Assembly: GCA_963740315.1 (NCBI GenBank)
Contig: CAVUDP010000001.1
Location: 1,056,001-1,120,000, forward strand
Direction: 5' to 3'
From: an uncultured cyanobacterium
GTDB lineage: Bacteria > Cyanobacteriota > Cyanobacteriia > Cyanobacteriales > Nostocaceae
Length of the DNA: 64,000 bases
Position numbers and translations under genes: made by a program. Positions 20,256 through 30,779 of this stretch are shown one piece after another. The stretch's first letter is position 1. Every line of letters starts with the position of its first letter. The notes under the pieces were generated by a model. It was given only the letters and a program-made list of their open reading frames with translations, was not told the origin of the DNA and did no database searches.

Positions 20256-20966
20256 TTAATTTATATTTAACAATCGCTTGAACTCATTTTGAATCAAGCC
20301 ATAGCATTCACAGGCTTTTTGTTCTAACTCTCCCCTTTTCAAAATAGTTATTCGTCCCCTGCTATAACCGATCGATCCAGCTTTTTGAAGTGCGATCGCT
20401 GCTTCAGTAACGCTAGCGCGACGCACCCCCAGAATTTCGGAGATAAACTTTTGAGTGAGCGGTAACTCATTATCGTGTACGGAATCATGAACTGAAAGCA
20501 GCCAACGAGCAAGTCTTTCTTCTATGAGATGATGGGATTTACAAGCAGCTATTTGCGATATCTGAGTTAATCTTGCTTGAGTATAAAGTAATAGCTTTTT
20601 CTGTAACTGCTCTCCCCTTTCAAATTCGCGCCGCAAAACATCAGCATCCATTTTCATGGCGTTACCTTCAATTTGCACGATCGCCCGATTTGTAACGATA
20701 TTTCCTCCTAAAAATACGGGAATTCCTACCATTCCCTCATTTCCTACCAAACCGATTTCTGTAGTTGAATTATCTTTCATGATTGAAACTAAAGAAATCA
20801 TCGATGTGCCAGGAAAATAGACTTCTTTTACTACTTGTTGTGGTTCGTAAATAACTTGTCCTAAAGTTAGATTGACAGGCTTAAAGTAAGGAATAAGGCG
20901 TTGATATTCTTCGGGAGGTAAAGCCATCAGCAGTTGATTAGCCGACATTTGAGGCGAATCAAACAT
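20256..20966 (-). CDS. Crp/Fnr family transcriptional regulator (paralogue)
   Basis: Same motifs: VGNEGMVG, ERLARWLL, LTQKFISEILGVRRASVT, ACECY. Confidence 0.93.
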   Translation of the reverse strand: MFDSPQMSANQLLMALPPEEYQRLIPYFKPVNLTLGQVIYEPQQVVKEVYFPGTSMISLVSIMKDNSTTEIGLVGNEGMVGIPVFLGGNIVTNRAIVQIEGNAMKMDADVLRREFERGEQLQKKLLLYTQARLTQISQIAACKSHHLIEERLARWLLSVHDSVHDNELPLTQKFISEILGVRRASVTEAAIALQKAGSIGYSRGRITILKRGELEQKACECYGLIQNEFKRLLNIN

Positions 20967-21225
20967 GAGGATTAAATTTCTCTTATGGTTATTTCGATCG
21001 AGATAAACAATATTGGTTAAAATTCACATCTTGCGGTTTTATATCTATTCCCAAAATTTCCTAAAAACATGATTTATCGTCGTGCGATCGGCATATTCTG
21101 GGTCTTTTTGAGCTTGTTGATAATGCTGCAAGATGTCAGTTAAAAGCAATCTATATTCTGACTTACAGGTAAAAAATACTTTTCTATATTTTGTATAATT
21201 TCGGTATAAAGTTGTGTTTTGCTTA

Positions 21226-21369
21226 GAGGATGTTTAATAAGTATCGTTTTTAACGAAATCATCGGATTATCTCCCCTTAAAAAGCGACGTTAAAGTCCCC
21301 CAATAATACGGGGGATTTAGGGGTATCTAAAAGTTTGCGAGCTTTATTTATGACTTTTAAAACATCCTC
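21226..21369. mobile_element. MITE, 144 bp (IS5/IS1031-like ends)
   Basis: TIR gaggatgttt...aaacatcctc with TTA direct repeat on both sides; internal ccccc/ggggg hairpins. Confidence 0.8.
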
Positions 21370-21585
21370 TTAGATAGTAATAGAAACTGATGCTTATCTA
21401 TATTGTTTAATAGGTTAAAGTTATTAAAGCATACCTTTAGTTAAGATATATTTCCGCTGCAAATTAGTAATGGTTTATAATCTTTTTTTAACAACTAATA
21501 ATAAGCAAAATTTATATTTCTAATTACAAATACTTGTATCTTCTACAGTTTTCAAATAATTTAACAAAAAAGCTTATTTTGAAAA

Positions 21586-22755
21586 TCAACTTTTAGATAT
21601 AGACAATTCGCCACTTTGATATAAATCTTCGATTACCTGAATCGCGCAAACTAAAGCTACCAACCCGACGATCGCTAAAGGTGGTAAACCGATCCCAGCT
21701 ACAGCCAGAAATATCAAAGTTGCGGCAGCACCAAGTCTGTATTTTGCTCTGACTTTGCATCTAAATATTATTCCCGTTTTATGGAGAATACTTAAACTGA
21801 ATAAACAAAGAGCGACACCGCCACAAATCAGCCAGCGTTGAGGAGTTGGTAGAGCTTGATTTGCATCGCTCATGATTACGTGTTCGACTCCAACCCCTGT
21901 AGTAGCAAGTCCGATTACTAACGGTAAATGTCCAAAGAGCCAAACTTGAAATAGTCCAATCTTACCAGCACCAGAACCTTGTAAAACTGAACCGCTAACA
22001 TTTTCAAAGTAAATCCACCACAGACTAAAAGCAATACCAAAGCCAAACACCGCAGAAATGGCGCTTTGCACATCCCATTTTTGTTCGGAAACACCATTTA
22101 CAACAGCAATAATTGCTTCACCTAAAACAATAATCGTAAAAAGTCCAAAACGTTCGGGTAAATGTTCGGGGTGGGGAAGCAAAGCAATTTGAAAGCGTTT
22201 TGCAGTAATTGCGGTAGCAAAGTCTACAGCCAAACCCAACCCCCAAAGTACAAAACGTATGGGAATTGGGACAAAAGCCGATATTACCCATAAAACCGCA
22301 GCAATAGAAAAACCAGCACAGTAATAAGTCGCCAAACCTCGCGCTTGAGGAATATGTTTAACAACGCGCAGGTATTCCAAAACCAGCACAAATCTTGTTA
22401 CAGCGTAAGCGATCGCAAAGCCAGCAGAACTTTCGCCCAAACCATGATGAATGTTAACCGCAAGAGCAGCTACCGCCAACATTTGCAAACCAGTCAAAAG
22501 TCGATGTTTAATATCATCGCTATCAAATCGATTTGCGTAAAATGTAGTTCCAATCCACGCCCACCACACAGGAATGAATAGAAATACAAAGCCAAAAAAA
22601 CCTTTTAAAGAAACATCTTCTTGTAATTTATGGGCAATTTGCGAGACAGCAACTACAAAAACCAAATCGTAGAAAAGTTCTAACCAAGTAGCATGACGGT
22701 GTTCCTCTGCTTCTTCACCTATACGTAAACGGGGAACTTGTAACCAGCCTTTCAT
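21586..22755 (-). CDS. low temperature requirement protein A (LtrA) family membrane protein
   Basis: RHATWLELFYDLVFV and HLPERFGLFTIIVLGE motifs; the Pro-rich ORF extension is an intergenic repeat, real start MKGWLQ. Confidence 0.9.
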   Translation of the reverse strand: MKGWLQVPRLRIGEEAEEHRHATWLELFYDLVFVVAVSQIAHKLQEDVSLKGFFGFVFLFIPVWWAWIGTTFYANRFDSDDIKHRLLTGLQMLAVAALAVNIHHGLGESSAGFAIAYAVTRFVLVLEYLRVVKHIPQARGLATYYCAGFSIAAVLWVISAFVPIPIRFVLWGLGLAVDFATAITAKRFQIALLPHPEHLPERFGLFTIIVLGEAIIAVVNGVSEQKWDVQSAISAVFGFGIAFSLWWIYFENVSGSVLQGSGAGKIGLFQVWLFGHLPLVIGLATTGVGVEHVIMSDANQALPTPQRWLICGGVALCLFSLSILHKTGIIFRCKVRAKYRLGAAATLIFLAVAGIGLPPLAIVGLVALVCAIQVIEDLYQSGELSISKS

Positions 22756-22761
22756 AGTAAG

Positions 22762-22838
22762 TGGGGGGATGGGGGGATGGGGGGACAAGGAGATGGGGGG
22801 ATGGGGGGATGGGGGATGGGGGGACAAGGGGACAAGGG
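22762..22838. repeat. G-rich 8-nt tandem repeat (ggggggat/ggggacaa)
   Basis: Directly visible; followed by (taacctt)n. Confidence 0.85.
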
Positions 22839-22865
22839 TAAATTTTAACCTTTAACCTTTAACCT

Positions 22866-24449
22866 TTAACTTATACCTTTAACCTGCTTTTTCTTTATCA
22901 TTAATAATGCAACTACAGCACTTGCTACAGCTAAGGCTGCGGCGATGAACGCGATCGAACGAAAACTATCTACATAGGAAAGTTTAATTGCTTGTTCTAT
23001 GCCGTTTTTTAACTCATTACTTATATTATCGGGAACCTTTGCACCAGCTAAATTAATTCGTTCTTTGGCTAAGGCAATACGTACTTGAGATGGTATGTTT
23101 AACTTTGCCAAACGTTCATCAAGACTGGAATTGAAAGCATTGAAAACAAAGATATTGAAAATGGCGATCGCAAGTAATCCGGCGGTACGAGAAACGGCGT
23201 TATTAACTCCCGAAGCGATACCAACTTGACGCTTTCTAACTGCACCCATGACGGTTGTTGTCAAGGGAGCAACGCTGATTGACATCCCAAAACCCAATAT
23301 TACAATAGCAGGGAAAAATGTTGTCCAGTAACTACCGCCAACTCCGGGGATTGCCAACAGCATAAAACCAACTGCTGCAACTAACGGTCCTACCATCAAG
23401 GGTAACTTAGGACCGTAACGAGTTACTAAATTACCAGACCATCGCGATAAAGTGAACATGAGCAGAACAAACGGTAAAAACGCCGCACCAGCAGCCGTTG
23501 GCGAGTAACCTTGTACCTGAATCAAATTGAAAGGAACAAAATAGAAGACTCCTCCCAAAGCTGAATAAAGAAATAGTGTCAGCAAATTGGCACCGCTAAA
23601 GGTACGGGATTTGAATAAAGATAAAGGCATCATCGGACTGTAAATATTAGCCTCTACGAAAACAAACGCAGCTAAAACGACTATTCCAAATAGCAAACAA
23701 CCGATCGCTAAAGGATGGAAAAGCCCTAAATTGGAAGATTCAATTAACCCAAATACCAGCGTTCCCAAACCTAAAGTTGCTAGCATCGCTCCCCAATAGT
23801 CAAGTCGGGTAAATTCGCGATCGCGGCTTTCGGGAACGTAACGAAATAAAACTGATAGTACTACGATTGCCAAGGGTACATTAATAAAAAATATCCATCT
23901 CCAAGAAAGATTTTCTACCAACCAACCGCCTAAAAGGGGTCCCATTGCTGAAGTTATTGCTGTAAAAGCCGACCAAGTTCCAATAGCTTTTCCTCGCTCA
24001 GAATCGGTAAATGAAGCGCTAATAATTGCCAAACTACCGGGAACTAATAGCGCACCACCAATTCCTTGAAAAGCGCGAGCTACAATTAATTGATTAATAT
24101 TTGGTGAGAGCGCACACCATCCCGAAGCAAGAGCAAATAAACCAATTCCACAAGCATAAATCAATCGTCTTCCAAATTTGTCTCCTAAAGAGCCACCTAC
24201 TAAAATTAAAGCAGCCAGAAACAAAGCATAAGATTCAACTACCCACTGCACTTGAATAGCAGTTGCGTTCATTGTTTCTTGCAATATTGGTAGCGCGATA
24301 TTGACAACAGTGCCATCAATCATTGCCATACTCGAACCGAGTATAGTCGCGACAATCACCCAACGTTCGGTAATACGAGAACAAGAAGTAGAGCATCGTT
24401 TGGCTTTGATTACTCCGACATCACATGGCTGTTTGACAATGTTTGACAT
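22866..24449 (-). CDS. MFS transporter, DHA2/EmrB-QacA-like (14 TM)
   Basis: DGTVVNIALP, GGSLGDKFGRR, RAFQGIGGA, WRWIFFINVP. Confidence 0.92.
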   Translation of the reverse strand: MSNIVKQPCDVGVIKAKRCSTSCSRITERWVIVATILGSSMAMIDGTVVNIALPILQETMNATAIQVQWVVESYALFLAALILVGGSLGDKFGRRLIYACGIGLFALASGWCALSPNINQLIVARAFQGIGGALLVPGSLAIISASFTDSERGKAIGTWSAFTAITSAMGPLLGGWLVENLSWRWIFFINVPLAIVVLSVLFRYVPESRDREFTRLDYWGAMLATLGLGTLVFGLIESSNLGLFHPLAIGCLLFGIVVLAAFVFVEANIYSPMMPLSLFKSRTFSGANLLTLFLYSALGGVFYFVPFNLIQVQGYSPTAAGAAFLPFVLLMFTLSRWSGNLVTRYGPKLPLMVGPLVAAVGFMLLAIPGVGGSYWTTFFPAIVILGFGMSISVAPLTTTVMGAVRKRQVGIASGVNNAVSRTAGLLAIAIFNIFVFNAFNSSLDERLAKLNIPSQVRIALAKERINLAGAKVPDNISNELKNGIEQAIKLSYVDSFRSIAFIAAALAVASAVVALLMIKKKQVKGIS

Positions 24450-24715
24450 TTCAAGCTACTAAAAGCGCTACTAGTAGGAATTTTACCGGAAATTGTTGAT
24501 TATTCTCTATTAGATATAAAATTTTAATTTTGTCAATAATCTAGTTGTTGATTTATATTTGTCTAAGTCCTATTTGTTGAATTAATAAAAAAGCATTTTT
24601 ATTCAAAACCTTAGCACCCTTGTACTACAATAAAATTAATGTGGAAGCGCTTTTTTTAATTAACAAGTTGCGTTTACCACTTCTTTTTTTGCAATTTTTC
24701 ACTTACTTAGTAAAC

Positions 24716-24853
24716 ATGGCTGACAAATCCGACCGCGAAAAGCGAATTATGGAGCATCTTGCTCGCAGTACAAACGAGTTTATTAAACCTAAGCTCAATT
24801 CTCCCGATCGAAAACAGCGAATAATGGAACATATTCGCTTAACTAAAGGTTAA
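24716..24853 (+). CDS. 45-aa small protein with a duplicated DRxxRIMEH motif
   Basis: MADKSDREKRIMEHL...DRKQRIMEHI; followed by a terminator. Confidence 0.7.
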   Translation: MADKSDREKRIMEHLARSTNEFIKPKLNSPDRKQRIMEHIRLTKG

Positions 24854-24861
24854 ATTTTTAT

Positions 24862-24889
24862 AGAGGTGGGAAATTCCCGCCTTTTTTTT
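24862..24889 (+). terminator. intrinsic terminator
   Basis: aggtggga-aat-tcccgcct followed by a T run. Confidence 0.8.
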
Positions 24890-25077
24890 ATTATTTATAT
24901 TAGAAAATATTAATAGTTCGGCGTACATAATAATATATTTTTATAAACTTATCGCTTCACAATAATTAGAAAAATAATCTTGAAAACCCGGTTTTTTATC
25001 GGCAGCTAATAAAATGTCAGTTTCAGTGTTCGGGATTGATAATAATTAAAAAAACTATATTTCTGTAAATAATCTCA

Positions 25078-25221
25078 GAGGATGTTTGCCCTCCCACAAA
25101 TAAGACTAGAAGACTTTCGAGATCCCCCTAAATCACCCTTCGGAATTGGGTGACTTTAACCCTCCTTTTTAAGGGGGGATCAAAGCAGTCATGAGGTTAC
25201 AACAGATACTTTTAAATTCTC
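25078..25221. mobile_element. degenerate MITE, same family as 21226-21369, opposite orientation
   Basis: Left TIR gaggatgttt; interior colinear with the reverse complement of the first copy; TCA direct repeat on both sides. Confidence 0.65.
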
Positions 25222-25624
25222 TCAGTATACGATCGGTTGCTTATTTTCCATTCCCGATCGCAACTAGTAATTGCATAAATTAAACCGAATTCATTTAATG
25301 AAATAAAATTTATTATTTAGATGTAAATAAATGGTAATTTTTAGATAAAATAAATTTACGAAAAATAGTTAATATATTGTCTAGCTTGAGATTGAATGTT
25401 TAATGGTGTTTTCCGAACATTCTGTGTATCTTTCGCAGAATTTTGTATACCCAACGGAGATTACGGAAACCTGTAACATCGGCTTTGCTCTTAAAAAACT
25501 CAGTATATTTAATATTCTCTAAATAAAAAATGACTTTTTAAATAAACAACTTGTAAATTAATTTATTGATAATTTCAATGTTTATTTAAAGAGCGTTTTA
25601 GTAGTCATCAGTTCTCTACAAGCC

Positions 25625-26905
25625 ATGAAATTTTCCGATTCCAATATTCAAGAAAACAATTATACAAGAAAATCGCCACAATGGTGGCAACGTTTGCTTT
25701 TGATTCTGTTACCTGTAGCTTTAACAATAGGTGGAGTAACAATACTTTGGCATTTGCTCGCTCGTGACAAAAAATTGCCTTCGGGTACTATAGTGCAACA
25801 AAATGCAGTATCAGTTAAGCTCGCCGAAGTACAAACGAGTAGCATCAAAGACAGTTCGGAATTCATTGCTAGCTTACAGTCGTTACGCTCGGCTAGCCTT
25901 CAAGCAAATACTCAAGGTAAAGTATCTCAAATATTTGTAAAAGTTGGAAGTCCAATTGCAGCCCAAGCGCCTTTATTGCAAATTAACTCCAACAATCGAT
26001 CTGCCAAAGTTAGTAATAATAATATTGCCAACCTACAAAATACTCAACAATTACAAAACGCTCGCACTCAACTTCAAGAATTAAAAGCTCAACAATTATC
26101 GAAACTGCAAAATTTAAGATTAAATCAAGAAAAATACGAAAAATATGCTAATTTAGCCGCAGAAGGTGCAATATCCAAACAAACAAAAGATGAATACGCC
26201 CAAAGACTTGAAGCCGCTAAAATAGAATTTAATAATTTAGGTACCAATATACAAACACAGCAAGCAACTATATCTAAGTTAGAAAAAGCACTTCAACCTC
26301 CACAAACAGCGCCACAACAGTACAAAATTAACGCTCCCTTCAAAGGTACAGTAGCAAATCTTTCGGTAAAAGTCGGAGATTTAGTAAACCCTTCAACTAG
26401 AGTTGCGATCGTTACTCAAAATCAACCTTTAGAAGTTGATATTCCAGTTTCCCTAGAAAAAAAATCACAATTAGTTAAAGGAATGCCCGTAGAATTGATC
26501 GACGATCGAGGTGAAAATATAGGTACTGCGAAAATATTTTTCATTTCTCCAGAGGTTAATTCCACCACCCGCACGGTATTAGTAAAAGCATTATTTGAGA
26601 ATACACAAGGTAAGATGCGAGCCGGACAATTTGCGCGAGTTAGAATTAGTTGGAATCAACAGTCTGGCGTATTAATTCCCACTGAAGCAGTGTTTCGCAT
26701 CGCCGGAAAAGCCTTTGTATATGTAGGTGAAAATCCTTATTCTACAGCAGCAACCTCTCAATTAATAGCCAAGCAGAAACAGGTAAAATTAGGTAAAATT
26801 ATAGATAAGAAATACCAAATACTTGAAGGATTGCAACCAGGAGAAAAAGTTGTTGTTTCCAAGTTGCTAAATGTTAAAGATGGTGAGATTCTAATCGCTC
26901 AATAG
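25625..26905 (+). CDS. efflux RND transporter periplasmic adaptor (membrane fusion protein)
   Basis: N-terminal TM, lipoyl halves (GKVSQIFVKVG; INAPFKGTV..L.VKVGD.V), coiled coil, TRTVLVKA, GLQPGEKVV. Confidence 0.9.
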   Translation: MKFSDSNIQENNYTRKSPQWWQRLLLILLPVALTIGGVTILWHLLARDKKLPSGTIVQQNAVSVKLAEVQTSSIKDSSEFIASLQSLRSASLQANTQGKVSQIFVKVGSPIAAQAPLLQINSNNRSAKVSNNNIANLQNTQQLQNARTQLQELKAQQLSKLQNLRLNQEKYEKYANLAAEGAISKQTKDEYAQRLEAAKIEFNNLGTNIQTQQATISKLEKALQPPQTAPQQYKINAPFKGTVANLSVKVGDLVNPSTRVAIVTQNQPLEVDIPVSLEKKSQLVKGMPVELIDDRGENIGTAKIFFISPEVNSTTRTVLVKALFENTQGKMRAGQFARVRISWNQQSGVLIPTEAVFRIAGKAFVYVGENPYSTAATSQLIAKQKQVKLGKIIDKKYQILEGLQPGEKVVVSKLLNVKDGEILIAQ

Positions 26906-27115
26906 TTTGCTTTGCAGTTGCGCCGTCTTTGCAGCGATCGCAACTGCCAACCAAAATGTTGCCCGATATTTTTTAAATTATTGTAGTACGGGCTTCAAAA
27001 CCGTTATCATATGCTAGCTCGAAGCTCATATCTAAAATCCTTTAAATGTGTCCCAGCATTGGTTGCCTACACACCAAAACCATATATCATACAGATAAAT
27101 TAATAGAAATTAACA

Positions 27116-27616
27116 ATGGTAGAACGTCCAATTAAAAAATCCGAGCGTCAAGCACAACCTGACACTGAAGTCAGTTCTGAAAATAAAAGTTTTACGCCTC
27201 CAGTAAAAACAAATCGTGCAGATACTCAGACTGAAGGCAATTCTGAAAAGAGTTTTACACCTCCGGTAAAAGCAAATCGTACAGATGCCCAGACTGAAGG
27301 CACTGAAACAAAGAGTTTTGCGCCTCCGGTAAAAACAAATCGTGCAGATAGAGAAGATAGAGGAGATAGAGACAGAGATAGAGATAGAGATAGAGGGAAA
27401 GGTAAAGGTAGAGGTAAAAAATCATTCGATAGAGATGAAATCAAGGCTCCAGTTAGTCTTGCATTAGCACGTCCCCCCAAACCTGCCAAACCTCCTGCTA
27501 AAGTTGAACCCCAACCAGAAGAAGCCGACGAAATTGCAGAAGAATCTCAATCAAATGAAGTGGAATCGGAAACTGTTAGTGAATCACAATCAAATGACGA
27601 GCAAAATAATTCGTAG
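27116..27616 (+). CDS. low-complexity hypothetical protein
   Basis: MVERPIKKSER start, three ~22-aa KSF(T/A)PPVK.NR.D repeats, (DR)n tract, acidic tail. Confidence 0.75.
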   Translation: MVERPIKKSERQAQPDTEVSSENKSFTPPVKTNRADTQTEGNSEKSFTPPVKANRTDAQTEGTETKSFAPPVKTNRADREDRGDRDRDRDRDRGKGKGRGKKSFDRDEIKAPVSLALARPPKPAKPPAKVEPQPEEADEIAEESQSNEVESETVSESQSNDEQNNS

Positions 27617-27793
27617 ATTGTGCTTTTAGAGAGGGTAGAGGGGGTAGAGGGGGTAGAAGGGGTAGAGGGGGAAGATTAAAAAATTTATAATTTATAATTC
27701 TTAACTCTTAACTCTTAACTTCTAACTCCTCATTCCTAACTCCTATCCTTTAATCCAAAATCTAAAATCTAAAATCTAAAATTCCATAACTCC

Positions 27794-30466
27794 TCACTTC
27801 TTCACGCGATCGCCAAATCGGATTAATCTTTCGATGGTGGCGAGACGGTTTTCCCATACTCCAACTTGGTATTGATTATTCAAGGCGTGTTGGCTCATTA
27901 ATGTTCTAAATTGAGATTGAAAACGGGTTAATGATGCTTTTGTTGTTTGTAAGTTAGCTGTTGATGGAGATTTTGCCAGTTGATCTAAAGCGTTTTGCAA
28001 TACTTCTGCTTGAGCGTTAAATTCTGCAATTCTGCTGCTAGACATTTGTAATTGCTTGTTTTGCGATACAAAGTCCCATTCTTTGCGTAGGGAAGTGTAA
28101 CGTAAGGCAGCGGTTTTGTAGGGATTGCGGAAAGGAATTGGTTCGTTTTTAGGTTTACCTTGAGTACTATTAAAAACTTGCTGTAGCTGTTGATTTTGTA
28201 GGTTTTCGGCGGCGAATAGCGCGTAACCACCTACTGGTAAATCTCTAATTAATTGTATTTGGTCGAAGGCTCCTAAAGTTGGTAAATTTAATAAACGAAT
28301 TCCAGGAACTAATAAAGTAGAACCCAATTTTTGGGATGTAATCCAAGGTCGTGCTAATCTGCTAAAAGTCGGAGTATCTAAGGCGTAAGTCATGGGAACA
28401 ATTAAATCAATATCGCCACGGTTTGCCCAAACTTCCCAATGTTGCTGTAATTTTTGAATCCTTTCTTGTTCCGGTAGGGGAAATACCGCCACAGACATAA
28501 TTAAATCGGGTTTCTTTTGTCGCATTTTTTGCGAAACTTGGGCAACAAAGCTATCAATTTGTTGAGTACGAAACGCCGTCCAATTTTGCCACATATTAGT
28601 TTGACTGGGCGAAATTTTGAGCGGATCTATGCCATATTTTTGTTGAAATTGCGATCGCGCTGCTTTACCATAACCGTAGCTGCGATTGCGCTGATGGTCT
28701 TGAAAAGGATAGCGAATATAGTCTAAATGTAAGCCGTCTACGTTGTAGTTGGTAACGATTTCTTCGTACTGATTTAATAAATATTGACGTAATTGAGGAT
28801 TTGCAGGGTCAAAAAATGGCTTATTTTGACCTTCAGGAATCATCTTTCCGCGTCGATCGTAACCTGCCCAATCTGGATGAGCGGCAAGCACTGGTCCGGG
28901 ATAGTTAGAGTCAATATTTAAAATTTTATTATGCCGCTGGTTTCCTGCTGCAAAAACCCATACCCAAGCGTGTAATTCCATGCCTCTAGCATGGGCTAAT
29001 TTTACCGCAGCTTTTAAAGGGTCCCAATTACGAGTTAAAGGATTTTGTGCTGGTGCGACTTTGCTGGGATAAACTGTATAACCAGCATTTACCGTTTCAA
29101 AAAATACCGTATTAATTCCGGCTTGCGATAGTCTGTCAAAAACTTGCGCCAATCCTTGCTCGTTTCTAGCTTTAACAATTGTGCCGCGATCGAGCCAAAT
29201 TGCTCGAATTTCTGGCTGAGCCAAGTTTTGATTTACGGGAAACTCTTTCCATAAAGAAGCTTTCGCTGCTAACCACCGCTTTCTAGCTTCCACATATTTT
29301 CTTTGCGCTACTAACTGCGGTATTTGTTGGACAACTTCTTTCGCTTCAGAGATAGCTTGCTGGCTAGTAAGAGCTAAAGAGAAAGGTTGACTTGATGCAA
29401 ATGTTGCTTCGGATTTTGCAGCTTGAATTCCGGTATTTATCGCCGCAGCCGTTAAATTAGAGCTTTCAACTCGACCAATTAATTTTAGTAGTTCTTGCTG
29501 TAGCGCTATAGCTTCGTTACGGCTAATTGGTTGGCGCGAATTGGGTTTAACATCGAGACGTACTTCATCCTGCAAATTATCTATTGCTTCATCAGATAGC
29601 TCATCCGAACGTCTAAAGTTGATATTAGGAACAGGATTATTAGGAACAACGGCAGTAATTTTAAAGGGAGTAGAAGCTGTATTTGTCGCGGGTGAATTTT
29701 GAGCGATCGCCGATCGAGAACAGTTAGAATCACCACCCGGAATGCTTTTCACAGCAGTCGGTGTTGCATATCGTTTCAAAGCAGCCTGCAACCAAGCATT
29801 ATCCAACTGTGGATTTGCAGCAGTATCGACTCCCCAACGCCAACCAAAAAAAGTAGAACGCTCGGTGGCTACAACCGCAGCAGAATTATCTTTTTGATCC
29901 CATACCGCAGCAGCTTGAGTCGGTAAATTCGGAACTACAACACCACCGCGCACTTCTCCAATCAATTTTTTATCATTTGCCCATTTCTGCCCATCTACTT
30001 GAGAAAATTGCAGATTTTGCGGTGCATCCAAACTAAATCCCCAATAACCTCCCAAAATATTTTGAATTAATCGGCGTACTCCCGGAGCAGATAAACTTCC
30101 CACCGGGCCACTTGCAATTACCCGCCCGCCTTTACTTACCCATTCTTCCAAAGTAATTGCTTGAGATGGAGTTAACTTTTCGACGTTAGGTAAAAACAAC
30201 ACCGTGCGGTTTCCCCAATCAGCAGTACTTTTAACATTGTCTAAAGCGATCGTGCAGTAATTAACTCCAGCTGACTCCAACCGATTAGTTATACCTTGCC
30301 ACTGATTGGCATTTTCCCGACTTTGAATCACGGTGATAACAGGTTCAGTTGCAGCCGCAGCCGGTAAAATATTAAATAAACTGCAAGCTAAATAACATTT
30401 AAAAAAAAATCCAGTTTTAATAGACTTTAATTTGATACGTCTGATTCCTTTTTTCCGATTAGTCAC
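27794..30466 (-). CDS. glycoside hydrolase family 10-like (GHL10/DUF187) protein
   Basis: EIRAIWLD, GINTVFFET, AHARGMELHAW, YNVDGLHLDYIRYP. Confidence 0.88.
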   Translation of the reverse strand: MTNRKKGIRRIKLKSIKTGFFFKCYLACSLFNILPAAAATEPVITVIQSRENANQWQGITNRLESAGVNYCTIALDNVKSTADWGNRTVLFLPNVEKLTPSQAITLEEWVSKGGRVIASGPVGSLSAPGVRRLIQNILGGYWGFSLDAPQNLQFSQVDGQKWANDKKLIGEVRGGVVVPNLPTQAAAVWDQKDNSAAVVATERSTFFGWRWGVDTAANPQLDNAWLQAALKRYATPTAVKSIPGGDSNCSRSAIAQNSPATNTASTPFKITAVVPNNPVPNINFRRSDELSDEAIDNLQDEVRLDVKPNSRQPISRNEAIALQQELLKLIGRVESSNLTAAAINTGIQAAKSEATFASSQPFSLALTSQQAISEAKEVVQQIPQLVAQRKYVEARKRWLAAKASLWKEFPVNQNLAQPEIRAIWLDRGTIVKARNEQGLAQVFDRLSQAGINTVFFETVNAGYTVYPSKVAPAQNPLTRNWDPLKAAVKLAHARGMELHAWVWVFAAGNQRHNKILNIDSNYPGPVLAAHPDWAGYDRRGKMIPEGQNKPFFDPANPQLRQYLLNQYEEIVTNYNVDGLHLDYIRYPFQDHQRNRSYGYGKAARSQFQQKYGIDPLKISPSQTNMWQNWTAFRTQQIDSFVAQVSQKMRQKKPDLIMSVAVFPLPEQERIQKLQQHWEVWANRGDIDLIVPMTYALDTPTFSRLARPWITSQKLGSTLLVPGIRLLNLPTLGAFDQIQLIRDLPVGGYALFAAENLQNQQLQQVFNSTQGKPKNEPIPFRNPYKTAALRYTSLRKEWDFVSQNKQLQMSSSRIAEFNAQAEVLQNALDQLAKSPSTANLQTTKASLTRFQSQFRTLMSQHALNNQYQVGVWENRLATIERLIRFGDRVKK

Positions 30467-30737
30467 TATTAACCTCTCATTAAATTTTAGATTTTAGATT
30501 TTAGATTTTAGATTGACACTACGGTATACACCGAAAAAAGATTTATTAGAAAGATAATTACTTAGAAAGATAATTATTTAGTAATAACTACTACGGCACT
30601 ATAACCTTTCTAGGTAAAGATTAATTTATGAAAATAGCCGTAAATGCTTGATATTTTTTATTTGTTAAGCTAAAAAAGCCATATGTTATTAAGCCAGTTA
30701 GAAAAAGCAAACAAATATAATCTAATATTTAATGTTT

Positions 30738-30777
30738 ATAACTCCTAACTCCTAACTCCTAACTCCTAACTCCTAAC
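30738..30777. repeat. heptamer tandem repeat (taactcc)n, STRR-like
   Basis: About 5-6 copies; similar heptamer runs at ~15785, 27700-27780, 30485, 36900, 49095-49185, 52000, 53216. Confidence 0.85.
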
Positions 30778-30779
30778 TT

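Noticed and set aside
22756..22827. Pro/His-rich N-terminal extension of LtrA
   Set aside because: It is the translation of an intergenic G-rich tandem repeat from a TTG; ATG 22755 fits better
21226..25221. Composite transposon carrying ltrA-MFS between inverted MITEs
   Set aside because: Each MITE has its own target duplication (TTA versus TCA) and they are diverged, indicating independent insertions
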